A DNA stretch of 63,368 nucleotides, the filler included, from Octopus bimaculoides (lineage: Eukaryota): assembly GCF_001194135.2 (NCBI RefSeq). It is 7 parts of 7 records of this genome, joined end to end, with 100 filler letters (N's around TTAATTAATTAA, not from the genome) between each part and the next. Parts side by side here need not be neighbours in the genome. Positions count along the whole stretch, not along the records: positions 1 to 15,471 come from NC_068982.1; positions 15,572 to 44,292 come from NC_068987.1; 5 more parts are not named here. One strand, 5' to 3'. Every line of letters starts with the position of its first letter. The stretch's first letter is position 1. This document shows, in pieces, positions 13,003-25,681 of this stretch. The notes below the pieces were generated by a model. That model was not told the origin of the DNA, did not search any database, and saw nothing but the letters and a program-made list of their open reading frames with translations. A program made the position numbers and the translations under genes.

Positions 13003-15471
13003 TTTGATACATTCCCTTAAATCAACTAAATTATACGTTTATATCAAACTTCAGTAGAATTTCACTATCGGCAATATGAAATCCATAAAGTAGGAAGGGT
13101 CGAATAGATCTACTCTTGTGTAAGAACTGGAAACATTTTGAAATCCTTATTGAAAATGTAGAGAAAAATTGTGAGCATTAGGGAAGTGCAATTACACACA
13201 ATATTTTGCGATATTTACTGGTACACCTTTATGATCTGAGTTAAAATCATGACCCGATAAACTTCGTCTTTCACCTTTCTATAGTTCCTAAAAATAAAAT
13301 GAGTTATCAACAATAACTGATTTCCACAAACAAGGAATCAATATTTGGACAACACTGACTTTGTCTTTCCTTCCGCCCAGAAAGCGTAAATAATCACCAA
13401 GCATGTTCAAAGGTCAAGTCTATCAAATATTATCCTTGTATCAATATAATATATCAATATTCTACAGAATGATCAAAGGAAAATAAAATTCTACCGGGAA
13501 AGCAAACTATTAATATCCATTATCAACACTGAAACATCAATATTTATTTCTCGTTAATATTCATTTAACTCAGTAAATGCATTACAAGAGTGAATTATGA
13601 GAAGCATCAAATTCTTGAAATTTTGAAGACATGGTCACTCGAATATAATTTCTTAAGTTATTACTAAGAATTCTTCGAAAGTATGTTCAACAAGTACCGA
13701 GGTGATCGGTGTATCGATACAAAACAATAAACTTCCTCGGTAAAAATATATTTTGATTTCAGAGTGTATAAATATTATTTATAGTCATGATACACAACAT
13801 GCTAGCGATTTTTTAAATATTATAACTGGAGGTATTAACATTACGAGTAGTTAAAATGATTTATTAGATGAAGAATTCTAACTATTTTAGTATCATTCCA
13901 ATCATTAATCATTTATACATTTCAAATGTGATATAAAAGTATACCTCATAAGGAAACACCATATAGTTTATAATATAATGCTGGCACGAAAGATTAACCG
14001 CCATTCCTTTATACGTTCTAATGTTGAGAATGATAAGTGCTCATGGTATTATACATATATACATTCTATAATGTATATAATATTATATAGCAAATGAAAA
14101 ATGAAACTCCACACAAACTATTTGAGCTGTCGGGGGTTCCATTTGTAATATGCGAGAAGGAAAGGCAGAGAAACCAAAGTCAACAGAGTCCATTATGGCG
14201 AACATCAGGGAAAGAACTGATTGGAAAGAGAAAAGAGACATTGACATGCTGACTAGGTGGCATGACCCAAGTACCCTTTTGTAAATAAGCTTTAGAGGAT
14301 TTATCAAATCAAGGATGCATTTGCTAGGATATTTCGGATGCTAATTAAATATTTCTCAATAAAGGGATATCATATACATTCCTCGATTCACATAAATCAA
14401 GTTTTGCTAACGTGTCTAGGTAACATTGCTTCCAACGTAACACACAACAGGAACAAAAAACACAACTATTCAGTCACCAGGCAACCCAGTCTACACGTCC
14501 TAAAATATCACTGAGTTGAGAGGATACAGCATCACAAAGTAAGCGACAGGATTCAGCCAATGGTTTCAAGATGGTATCTACACAGCAAATACCACTTGCC
14601 TGCCCCGTTTTATTTTGGAGAATTTATGACCAAGGATATGTTGGTCCTAAACTATGCAACCATGCCTTAACTATGCAACCATGAAAACCAATGTATTCTC
14701 TAAACTCGTGCCACAATATACATTGGTAGGGAAACAATCTCGCTTTATTATTACTGCTACCAATGATATTGTTGTAGTTTTTAATACAAAAATGTGTTCT
14801 AAGGTGTGTATAAATGATATTTTTATAAAATTCCGATTTTGTTAAACGTATACACATATACACACACATAACCACTCAACACGCACACACACACACTCAC
14901 ACACATTCACTCACACGTACGCACGCACACATGAACGCCAGTATGCACGATACATAACCAAATATTAGATAGGTAATATTTATCCCAACTACGACGTGAA
15001 TGTTAAATTTCAACAAACTTTACTACAGTAGGTACCATGTGGGAATCACTTGCATTGGCTTTTTGGTGTAAAATACATTCTTGTTTATATCAGTAGCGAG
15101 ACGATAAATGCCCGCTACCTTAACACCGAGATCATATCACGTATGTTTGATATTTTTCGAGGTTTCCTACATTGCAGAAAACATCTCAATGGATAAAACA
15201 ATCAATAGCTCATAGCAATAAAATGTGTACATTAAATAATGTTCATTTCTCCTCGAATGATGCTGCCACATCACTGGTTCCAATTTTTTATCGGACTTCC
15301 CCTCTTCCTTTGGATAACATAGGTGGCGCAGAGAAGGTCGGCTGGTATACATGTGCGACTGCTGGTCTTCCATAAACAATTTTGCCCTCAGTTGTGCCTC
15401 GGAAGGAGACTTTTGTAGGTGCAATTCCATATATGTATATATACATGTATACATTCATATATGTATTTATA

Positions 15472-15571
15472 NNNNNNNNNNNNNNNNNNNNNNNNNNNNN
15501 NNNNNNNNNNNNNNNTTAATTAATTAANNNNNNNNNNNNNNNNNNNNNNNNNNNNNNNNNNNNNNNNNNNN
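15472..15571. other. Artificial scaffold spacer 44N-TTAATTAATTAA-44N (also 44293-44392, 48630-48729, 53567-53666, 57568-57667, 61365-61464)
   Basis: Six identical 100-nt blocks. The 12-mer is palindromic with TAA in all six frames. Confidence 0.95.
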
Positions 15572-15762
15572 CGGGTGACACGTAAAAGCACCCACTACAC
15601 TCTCTGAGTGGTTGGTGTTAGGAAGGGCATCCAGCTGTAGAAACTCTGCCAAATTAGACTGGAGCCTGGTGTTGCCATCCGGTTTCATCAGTACTCAGTC
15701 AAATCGTCCAACCCATGCTAGCATGGAAAGCGGACGTTAAACGATGATGATGATGATGATGA
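15572..15762 (+). mobile_element. 3' part of a SINE/LINE tail ending in (GAT)n
   Basis: gaagggcatccagctgtagaaac...ccaacccatgctagcatggaaagcggacgttaaac(gat)n. Degenerate minus-strand relatives lie at about 21140-21460 and 22100-22320. Confidence 0.7.
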
Positions 15763-17260
15763 TCCGTGCATCGAAAACAACCAATGAGGGGGCATTCTTG
15801 GTTTCTTTTGACGTGATCAACCTATATACAAACATCCCACATGAATATGGTATTAAGGCAATTAAATTCTGGCTGGAGAAACACCCGGAAGCATTTACTA
15901 ATCACATTAACAAAACCTTCATTACAGAATCACTCAAGTTCATTCTCACCAATAATTACTTCCTGTTTGCAAACACATACTACCGTCAAAAATGTGGTAT
16001 CGCGATGGGTACAAAAGCTGCACCAGTCCTTGTGAATCTCATAATGGTTTTTTTTTAATTATCACCTTATGAGATTTCATGCCAGAAATTTGGACACCTT
16101 TTCCACATCTACTTAATGGAAAACTGGAAAAGATACTTGGATGATTGTTTCATCATATGGAAGGGATCTTATGAAATACTTCTGGAATTCAAAACCATAC
16201 TTAACAACATATATCCCAGCATTCAATTCACTATGGAATTCAGCAAACATCATCTCCCTTTTCTTGATCTCTTAATTATAAAAACACCAAACAACCAAAT
16301 CACAACCGACATCTACCACAAACCTACAGACTCACAACAATACCTCCTCTTCAGCTCATGCCACCCAAAACACACTAAGATAAATATCCCCATCAATTTA
16401 GCTAAAAGAATTTGCACCATTGTCTCTGACCCAACCATTCGAGAAATACACCTACAAAACCTCAAAAAAACACTATTACGATGCCAATATCCCTCCACAC
16501 TCATAGACTTTGGAATATAACGTGCCAAGGAACTTGACAAAAACACACTGAAAACCACCCAACTCAGTAACACACCCGATCTCCAAAATACTTCCATACA
16601 TTTCCACCCACAACCCCAAAAACATCGAAGCATACACCACAATCAAACAAAACCTCCCCTTACTCACCATGGACCCGAAAATGAATAATATCATCAATAC
16701 ACACAAAGTCCTTAAATGCAAAAGGCAACACAAATCTTTGAAAAAACTCTTGACTAATGCCAAACTACACACACCACTTCCACCCCCATCAGTTAAAAAA
16801 TGTGCATGCCCTAACNNNNNNNNNNNNNNNNNNNNNNNNNNNNNNNNNNNNNNNNNNNNNNNNNNNNNNNNNNNNNNNNNNNNNNNNNNNNNNNNNNNNN
16901 NNNNNNNNNNNNNNNNNNNNNNNNNNNNNNNNNNNNNNNNNNNNNNNNNNNNNNNNNNNNNNNNNNNNNNNNNNNNNNNNNNNNNNNNNNNNNNNNNNNN
17001 NNNNNNNNNNNNNNNNNNNNNNNNNNNNNNNNNNNNNNNNNNNNNNNNNNNNNNNNNNNNNNNNNNNNNNNNNNNNNNNNNNNNNNNNNNNNNNNNNNNN
17101 NNNNNNNNNNNNNNNNNNNNNNNNNNNNNNNNNNNNNNNNNNNNNNNNGAATTTACTTCTTGTTTCTCTAAGAACAGACAAACTTCCTGTTGACAAAGAG
17201 TCCAGAGCTCCAACTAAAGAGTATAAAACCCACAGAATTGTCTCCCCTTATCCACATTTC
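15763..17260 (+). mobile_element. Penelope-like retroelement pseudogene (RT, thumb, Cys linker)
   Basis: SFDVINLYTNIPH, QKCGIAMGT, WKRYLDDCF, LPFLD, YHKPTD, SCHP, then VKKCACPN. Frameshift at the poly-T near 16050 and stop codons. The endonuclease region falls in the N gap. Confidence 0.92.
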
Positions 17261-17632
17261 CTGTTTGACACATAAACATTCAGCCTTTTTAAACATAACA
17301 CTAATCTAAAATACATGCATCCCAATCTTTCTAACAATTATCTACATGGATTACCATTGAACTTTAAAAGTTCAAAGAGAACATAATGTATTGGTATATT
17401 TATTTTTTTAAATATTTATTATTTTTTTGTAAAAAACATTTTTTTCATTTTCCCTCTTCTTGAAAATTTGCTATGCGATGAAAGCCAGTCAGAAATCCCT
17501 TTTAATCTTCCTTATACACATCTATATTAAAATATGCATTCAGTTTAGCATTCTGCCTTATACATATTTATGTATATATATATTTATATATACATATTTA
17601 TGTATATATCTATACAATTCTTTTATTTCCAG

Positions 17633-17730
17633 CACATTACATTCCTATGTCACCTCATGAACGTCAAAGTCAGATAAGTAGCAGATCCGATAGACTTGCT
17701 AAAAGGAAGTGGGATGCAATTCAAAAGAAA
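17633..17730 (+). CDS. KIF21: KIF21-like kinesin exon (HYIPMSPHERQSQISSRSDRLAKRKWDAIQKK)
   Basis: ttttatttccAG and GTgagt sites, 98 nt, open frame. AKRKW resembles KIF21 ARMKW at the start of the regulatory coiled coil. Confidence 0.85.
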
Positions 17731-18574
17731 GTGAGTATTATTTGTTTAATCCCTTAGTGCTTAAACTCTTTGTATCTGTCCAAAATATTCAACCTGTTTT
17801 ATGTTCAAAGAAGCCAGATCTGACGTCCTACACCTAGCCTACAATGTCATTCTTAAAATAAACTACTTCATTGAAATGTCATAATTTCAAGATAACGTAC
17901 GATAAATTCAAGACAATGTGTATAAAGAAGCATTACATTTCACAAATATCTGAATGTTTAAGGATTAAAATTTCTGAAAAATGAAATCTTAATAAGTTTC
18001 GTTTCTCTCAAGAGTGAGGGAAAGTCTGGCATTTCGGGCTCGGGTTGTTCTCTGTGGATAGATTTATGTCCCCAAGACATTGACTTTTTTTTCCCTTTTA
18101 TTCCTCATCGCACCCAAACTTATTAATCTTAACATTCTCTATTAGAGTTTTCATATATTCTGTATATATTGCTTTTGATTGTCTTTTGTCATCTTCAACT
18201 CCCTTTAACACATCGAATGCAATATTAACCTCCCAAGTCATCTTATTCCTGACTATATACCTGAACTTGGGCTGGAGATGCAGTTTCATTATTCCATTAG
18301 GCTTCTAGTGTATGTATCACTCGAATGAACTAAGATTTCATTTTCGGCAAATTAGAGATTATAATTTTTATTTATTTACTTTTTTTTTATCAATCATCAG
18401 GAACAAACTCTAATTTAGTATTACTTGAAAAAAAAAACCAATTAAGTTTTGACTCTTTTTGTAATGAGTCTCTTCATGAGAATGAAGACTGGTTTCTGAC
18501 TCACAAATACCTTGCAAGAAATATCCACTATATTCCAATAATAATTTTTGTTTCAAAATCTTTGCAACTTTTAG

Positions 18575-18643
18575 GTAGAGGGAATTATCAACAAACGGCA
18601 GACTCTAAGTTTGATAGAAAAAGACATGGAAACGTGGTTAAAA
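18575..18643 (+). CDS. KIF21: KIF21-like kinesin exon (VEGIINKRQTLSLIEKDMETWLK)
   Basis: cttttAG and GTaagt, 69 nt, phase 0-0. Resembles KIF21A [23 protein letters not shown]. Confidence 0.9.
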
Positions 18644-19672
18644 GTAAGTGTGTTTAATTTAATTTTGAATGATGTGTTTGTGTATGTATGTATGTGTTTA
18701 ATATATATATATATAAAATGCAGTATATTTTGTAGCTCTTAAAACTTACTGTGTTTGTGTTGTTGGTTAAAAAGCTCCTTTCTGATATTTGAATCTCCAG
18801 TGTATTAGTTGCTGATTATAAACATTTAATTTGCTTCATCTCTCTAGCTATCTCTTACATTTCATACAATTAATCTTCTAATTAAAGTGATGCTTTGAAA
18901 AATTAATTTGTTTCTTTAGCAATACATGTGTTATGACAATAGAACACTCTAACCCCACCCCCACTCTCTCTCTTTCTCACACTCTTACATGACTTGTTTA
19001 AATGTTTAAAATATCTGATATGGATCATTGCTAATAAGATTTTAATCATTCAGACTACATACTTCAACTTTAGAGATGAAACAGTTCTTTAATATTTACA
19101 CCTACACTCTTTTGATTGTTTTGATCTCCATTCATCATCATGTGTAGTGTAGATATAAATATTGCTTAAAAAAAATTTTTTTTTTTTCAATGTCTAAAGA
19201 TAAGTTTAAAACTCCACTCTGCAGTAATAGTTGGCATTCCATTTTGAGTGGGTGTTGTGATCTCCGTTATATGCCAAAAAAAAAACTGGTTTAAATTCCA
19301 GCCTAATGAGTCATAAGGCTCATGATATCCCTACATCTAGGTTTATTTATCTGTGAGGACACCTTGTCAAGTGAAGTTTAATTGCATTCATCTTTATGGC
19401 ATGATACAACTGTTTTACTGAGACCATATCTTAATATGTCAATGCCAAATACTCAGTGATGTATTTTATTTCCTTCTACAATTTGCTGATTTTGCTGATA
19501 TTTCCTTCTACAATTTGCTATTTTGCTATCCATCTATGTTAGATATCAGCTTTATCAGTCATCATAGATGGTTTAAGAATAAGTATCTGTCAGACTTTAT
19601 AAAGAGGAAAAAAAAAGACCTTGTAAAATTTATTTCCTAGTAATTTCCTATTTTCTCTTTTTCACACTTAAG

Positions 19673-19744
19673 GAACGGAGAAAATTGGGCCAGAATATAG
19701 AAAAATACACGAAAAAGAAAGAAACTCTTATAGAAACTCAACAG
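19673..19744 (+). CDS. KIF21: KIF21-like kinesin exon (ERRKLGQNIEKYTKKKETLIETQQ)
   Basis: Polypyrimidine tract plus AG, donor GTaaga, 72 nt, phase 0-0. Resembles KIF21A QREELTKRREKLSKRREK. Confidence 0.9.
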
Positions 19745-19891
19745 GTAAGAATGTTGGAAGAGTATATTATATGAGTTTATTTTATTTAATATTATTTCAA
19801 ACTATATCTCATTTTCAGAAATTTATATCTGACATTTGTAATTGGAAAAAAACCCCAAAAAAAAACTGTTTTCAATTTTTTATTATTCTAG

Positions 19892-20011
19892 TCCCAAGAA
19901 GCAATTGATGAATGTGTAGATGTAATTGAGAGCTTAGAAGGACAACTTCAGTTATGCCAGGAGCACATCACTGAGATACAGGAGCAAATCATGCAACTGG
20001 AAGAAAATAAA
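19892..20011 (+). CDS. KIF21: KIF21-like kinesin exon (SQEAIDECVDVIESLEGQLQLCQEHITEIQEQIMQLEENK)
   Basis: ttattctAG and GTaatt, 120 nt, phase 0-0. Resembles KIF21A [31 protein letters not shown]. Confidence 0.92.
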
Positions 20012-20273
20012 GTAATTTACATTGTATCTTTTAAAGTATTTTTTTTTTGTTTTTCAATTTTGTTTATTCACTGAGAACCCAATGGCAGATATACTTCTTA
20101 GCAGTTTTTATATTTCATAGATGCATGATACTAGTGCCAAACATGTATTTAGAACAAAACTGTGTTTAGTGGCTTCAGAGATTTTACAACAATGCAACTA
20201 TTTTATTTTCTAAACTATCTCAAATTAAATCATTTGCTAGATAGGTGTTTGTGTTCATGCCTGTATGCGTATG

Positions 20274-20306
<33 letters not shown>

Positions 20307-21499
20307 CTTAAAGTTAAGGGAATCCTTTTTATCTTGTCATGAACATGACAAACCTCTCTAGTAGTAGAATAAAATGCATCCAGTACATTCTGTAAATAGA
20401 AACCATGCCAAAGATATAATGCAGGAGTGTGGTGCAGTCGTCCAACCCTTCTAGGAAGGCAGTAACTTGAAATAAAGACATGGTCCACACTGGTCCATTC
20501 AACCTATGCAAGTGTGGCAAAATAGATGTAAAATGAAGATGACAATTGTGTATGGTTGTGTTAGACCATCCATTCANNNNNNNNNNNNNNNNNNNNNNNN
20601 NNNNNNNNNNNNNNNNNNNNNNNNNNNNNNNNNNNNNNTATTGTTCAATTACATACAAAGAACGCACTCACCCAATGTTCGTTATGAATAAACAAAAGTC
20701 ATGTCCGCCATATATATATCAATGACCTTTTACTACGACAGTCCCACAAGACAACAACAATGAAACAATGAACTCAGACGAACCACATGACACACGGAAC
20801 ATCAGACGAATTACATATCTAACAGTCCATATAACAAAAAGAGTGGAATCTGTTTTGGTCAGTAAGAAAAACTAGAACAAAAGTTATACATCTTTCACAA
20901 ACTAAATCACTTTTAGTAAAATTTAAACCCCTGACAAATGTGGTCAGTAATCCAGAATATTTTTCTGCTTCATTTTGACTTATGCATTTAATATTCTAAT
21001 TTTTCACTAGTTTACTACACATGAAATTTTCTAATTTTCTGAGAAATTTCAAATTTCTAGAATCTATTATTACTCAGTGCTTAGTTTCTTTTTGTTTTTT
21101 TTCTCAAAGAACTTGAACAATTACCAGTCTTCATCATTTTATATCTGCTTTTCTTACTGGTATGGCTTGAACAAGTTGTGATGGTCTGGATCAGTTCTTA
21201 TTTGGAGTTACTGCCTTTCTTGATGGTTCAGATGAATTACTGCTTTCCTTGATGGGTCTTGCTCATAGGTTTCATTTTTGGCTTGCTTTCTGTGGTTAGA
21301 TGCACTTCTTAACACCAATATTTTACAGAATGTAAAGAGCAGCTGCACTAGAGGACTTGCAGTGTTCTCAACAAGATTAAAGGATTGTTTCACACCTGTT
21401 TTTGCTGTATATTCCGCAACCACTTCATAGAGAGAATGGGGTGCATATTATCATGGTACTGGTGAGGTTGCTTTGTGCCCCTCAATAAAAAGGGAGTCC

Positions 21500-21990
21500 T
21501 CTGTTCAATGTTGTTACTGTTCATTATAGAAGTGGAGAGAGAAATAGGAGATAATAGTGTCTACGGGTATAGCAGGGCGATGCTTGCCTGTAAGAGAGAA
21601 TGTGAGTGACATAGTGAGGGTAAGAAAGTGGTGTCAATGAAGGAGTCGTCTGAAGAAGTGGATGTAATGGCTAGATGTATAGCAAGTTAAATAGAGGGGT
21701 GATTAGGTGCCAACAGATACAATGCACAATCCATCATTATGGGAAGGAGAGAAAAGTAGATAGACTTTGATGGTTATGGAGGTGAGGCTGCATGAAAAAA
21801 TAGATCTAAAAAATTTTTTACTCATTACAATGGTGGCAAAGTGCAGTGAATGAGAGAAGGGGACAATAGATGAGAGAGTACTAAATAGGCAAGAGGGGCA
21901 ACAGATGGAGACATAGCTAGTGCAAAATGGACTAAAGTCTAGATGTAAATATTTATATCCCAGCCTCCACTACATTAACTCGAAACTGTC
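21500..21990 (-). mobile_element. Highly degenerate PLE RT remnant
   Basis: Reverse complement contains cccataatgatggattg (PHNDGL) after a degraded DxKSLY-like stretch. Composition resembles the PLE at 57680. Confidence 0.35.
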
Positions 21991-23244
21991 TTGTGACTCT
22001 CAATTGCTTTTTGAGAGTCACAACCAACGTTTTCATCTTCATGAAGGGATATTGGCACCAAGTCAGTTTTGATTGCAGTCAATTTTCCTAAAGTTGATAT
22101 CTTCCCTCCTTTCACATCCATTTTCCTTGCTAACATGGGTTGGACAATTTGTCATGATCCAAATCAGTTCTTATTTGGAGTTACAGCCTTCCTAGACAGG
22201 TCAGGGTTCACATCCTGTTTGTACAGTCCATTTTGGGAATCCATTTCTATAAGTTGATACTCTTCCTAATTTCAACCACTTTACAGAGTGTACTGGGTTC
22301 ATTTTATCATGAGCACTATTACTTAATATCTGAAGACATGTACGAGAAGTGAGAATGGAGATGGATTAATCTGGATTTGAATTTGACTTAGAAAGATGAA
22401 CACAAGTCTATGATGTTTGGTGCTATACTCCAAAAATATACTGAACTTCAGGTTATGTGATGTATCTGTGTGTTTGACTGAAAAATATGTAATGAAACTG
22501 AAATTACTTTGTTTGTGGACAATAAAATAGATTTTATGATATATACTGATATTATGTTCATTGATTGGAGTGAGGATGACTGATGACTTAAAGTGAAGAG
22601 AAACTGTGTATTGTCAATCTCATTCTCTTATCTGGATCATCTTCAATCAAGTGGCCAGACCAGGTCAAGATGACTCTCGATAGAGACAGATGCAGTCAAT
22701 GACCAAGATGTCTTACCTCATCCTGCTCTTTGCACTACACAGTGCATTGCTGCAGTTGCCTTCCCCTCCATTGAACTATGAAGGTTTCTTCCACAGTCTG
22801 CTGGATCCAGTTTTCATGTGAATAGGAAAGCAATCTTTAATGTGCTGATTAAGCCATAACTGTGACTTTGGCAGGTTCTGCTGCTCCAGGTCAGAGTAGA
22901 TCTGGGAACAGTAATGTCTAAGAAGTGGTTCCATCTTTTATACTGATAAATGTGGCATTGAATGTATAATAAAAGTAAGTTTGGGTGTATATGAAACTTT
23001 ATTAGTTTAATTATAGACAGCACTTACATTTATGTATTTGCTTTGTAAGATTCTTGATGTGAAATCATATGTTGGAACAGATATTGATATACTTAGTGGG
23101 GGGTGTCATATTTTGCCAATTAAACACATACGCAATATGTTTGGTCTTTCATTCAGTTTTATTATAAATATTTTTGTTTCTTTGTCAAAACTTTTGTCAC
23201 ACATATAGGTAGCATTGTTTTTAGAAAGTTATATGTTTGGACTA

Positions 23245-23460
23245 AGGTAGTGAGCTGACAGAATTGTTAGCATGCCAGGCAAAATACTTAGTAACATTTT
23301 GTCCATCTTTAATTTCTGGGTTCAAATTCTGCCAAGGTTGACTTTACCTTTCATCCTGTGAGGGTTGATAAAATAAGTAGCAGTTGATCACTGGGGTTGA
23401 TGTAATTGACCAACCCCCTTCCCCAAAATTGTTGGCCTTGTGCCAAAATTTGAAATCATT
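23245..23460 (+). mobile_element. Degenerate SINE (family of 8148)
   Basis: gagctgacagaattgttagc...gggttcaaattc...cctttcatcc...ggggttgatgtaattgac. Confidence 0.75.
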
Positions 23461-23617
23461 ATTATATTTTGGACTTCAAAACATACGGCTTTAGTTTAGA
23501 TACTTAAAATCAGAAAAAATTGGGAGTGATATTTACTAAAGTATATAAATGTTTGTTTGAAATTATATGAAAGCAAAACTGAATACATTAACAAAAACAA
23601 ATGTCTTGTATTTTTAG

Positions 23618-23719
23618 AACAATGATGAATTAGAGAAACTACAAGTTATACTCAGTAAAAGCAATGCTTTGGAGAGTCAATATTTGTTTAGACATCTAAT
23701 GGAATCTGTATTATTAAAG
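23618..23719 (+). CDS. KIF21: KIF21-like kinesin exon (NNDELEKLQVILSKSNALESQYLFRHLMESVLLK)
   Basis: tttttAG and GTaaga, 102 nt, phase 0-0. Resembles KIF21A [24 protein letters not shown]. Confidence 0.9.
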
Positions 23720-23902
23720 GTAAGATAAGCCTTCTGTAATCCTTGTTTCTTAAATGTTCTTGTAATGTGACTTTCTTGTGACTTTTTACTAAAGGAAGGT
23801 AAATGTGATTGGCCGGGATATCATCAACATAGCATAAAATTTTATTGTGTTGGCTAATCATGTTAGTGGCTATGAAAGTTTAGAACTAAGAATGCTGATT
23901 GT

Positions 23903-24059
23903 TTAACCCTTTTGTTGCCATATTTCTGTTAAAATACACTGCCTTTGTATTGATTAATTTTGAAAATAATGAAAAATTTAGTAAAATAACTTTGCCATTA
24001 TTAAACTGGTATCATAAAACTCAAAGTGGTTTCAGTTGAGTTGGTATCAAAAGGATTAA
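23903..24059. mobile_element. piggyBac-like MITE (TTAA-CCCTTT termini)
   Basis: ttaacccttttgttgcca versus reverse complement ttaatccttttgatacca, with TTAA at both ends. Similar elements lie at about 17746-17968 and 38762-38980. Confidence 0.55.
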
Positions 24060-24064
24060 AATCC

Positions 24065-24349
24065 TTAATTTGAAATTCAATATAGGGAGACACAAGTTCA
24101 ATCAACATTTCTTAACCAGAAAGCAAACAATTTAGAATTTGGTCAACTCCAGGTGATGAATTCTCTCTATACAGACTACTAAGTTTAAACTAAGAACAAA
24201 CAATTTGTTCTCGTTTGTTCTTAGCTTAAACTTTGTAATCTGTACAGAGAGAATTCATCACCTGGAGTTGATGAAATTCTAAATTGTTTGCTTTCTGGTT
24301 AAGAAATGTTGATTGAACTTGTGTCTCCCTATATTGAATTTCAAATTAA
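24065..24349. repeat. Long inverted repeat: 137-bp arms, 11-nt loop
   Basis: Arms at 24065-24201 and 24213-24349, 6 mismatches by manual comparison. Confidence 0.95.
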
Positions 24350-24916
24350 AGCTCTGTTATCAAAGTAGTAAATTAGTAGCAGTCAAGATCGATCAGTTTA
24401 GCAAGATTCTCAATAAATTGAACTTCAATTACTATATCTTTTGTGAAAATGCTGCAAATATTTTGGTAAAAAAATAAACTCTTTATTTTTGTTTGACCTA
24501 AAGAAATCATTTGACAAAGTTGTGCCATTTGAATATTATGCAGAAAATGTTTCATTAGGTGTTCAGACATTTAAATAGACTAAAAAACGTTTGTCAAGAT
24601 TAGTTTAAGATTGCCATCCTGGCTAATACAAAGCAGTTGGGATATTAACTGCCATTGAAACTTTGATATGAATTAGCTACTATTCATAATTACTAATTGA
24701 GGAACTTCAGAATATCATGTAAATTTAATCATTCTGGTTAAACAGAAGTTTCTTTTAGCACAGATTAATATTGTGGTTATTTTGATATGTATGTATGTAC
24801 AAGTTAGTTTTGGTCTTATGGCAGAAGTATTCATCTTTATGGTGTTTCCTGCTTTTAACAAATAGACAGTATATTGTTTCATATGAATCTTTACTTATTT
24901 TCCATTACTGTTTCAG

Positions 24917-25073
24917 GGAACTTTATGTGCCAATAAAGAGACTGAATTAAAAGAACTTCAAGCTAAACTTCACCAATGCATGGTGAATAATAACTTACAG
25001 CAAGACATATTGAAGCATATGATGGCTGATAGAATAGACATTGACATGGAAGAATTTGTACAAAATGATGCTG
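24917..25073 (+). CDS. KIF21: KIF21-like kinesin exon (GTLCANKETELKELQAKLHQCMVNNNLQQDILKHMMADRIDIDMEEFVQNDA)
   Basis: tgtttcAG and GTacgt, 157 nt, phase 0 to 1. Resembles KIF21A [20 protein letters not shown]...QNQLLFHML. Confidence 0.92.
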
Positions 25074-25681
25074 GTACGTTCTTGATCTATCTTACAATGG
25101 ATTGGATTGTAGCACTGCATGGCTGTAACTGACTTTGATATTGTCTTCTAAAGTTCAGTATTAAGAATGTAATCACTGAACTTGAATGGTAAACTTAAAT
25201 CCTTTGGACCGTCATTCTTCCCTTTTTTGTGCATTGACTTACATCTTGATCAGTGACCAGGGCTGGTTGAAGGTACCAGCAACTTTGGCAGTTGCCTAGA
25301 GTACAATAAATTAGGTAATCTTCCTAATACAAAAAGAGAAATGTGAAAAATAATAAAATGAAAAAAAAATGTGAAAATGTTGCAGAAGTTAGGGGGTTAC
25401 TTGGGCTAGGCATAGGGACTATTCTGTCACCCACCTGTCCTCCATTCAGTGTTTGTAACAAAATGTGTTGAGATCATTGCCAAAAATGCATACAGTGTCC
25501 AGTCTTTCTTAGTTATACAAATGAAGGTATTTGAAACTTTACTTCTGAGTTTGAATTGTTCTCTTTAGCTAGGATATTGTAATAAGCACTTTAGTCCTAC
25601 ATTTGCATTTTAACCATGTAAATTTAAGAATTAATTAAGGGTGCTGAAATGATATAAAGACTTGGTATCTGTTGCATTATG

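Noticed and set aside
14083-14290. Purine-rich stretch with short open frames on both strands
   Set aside because: No recognisable domain or consistent splice sites.
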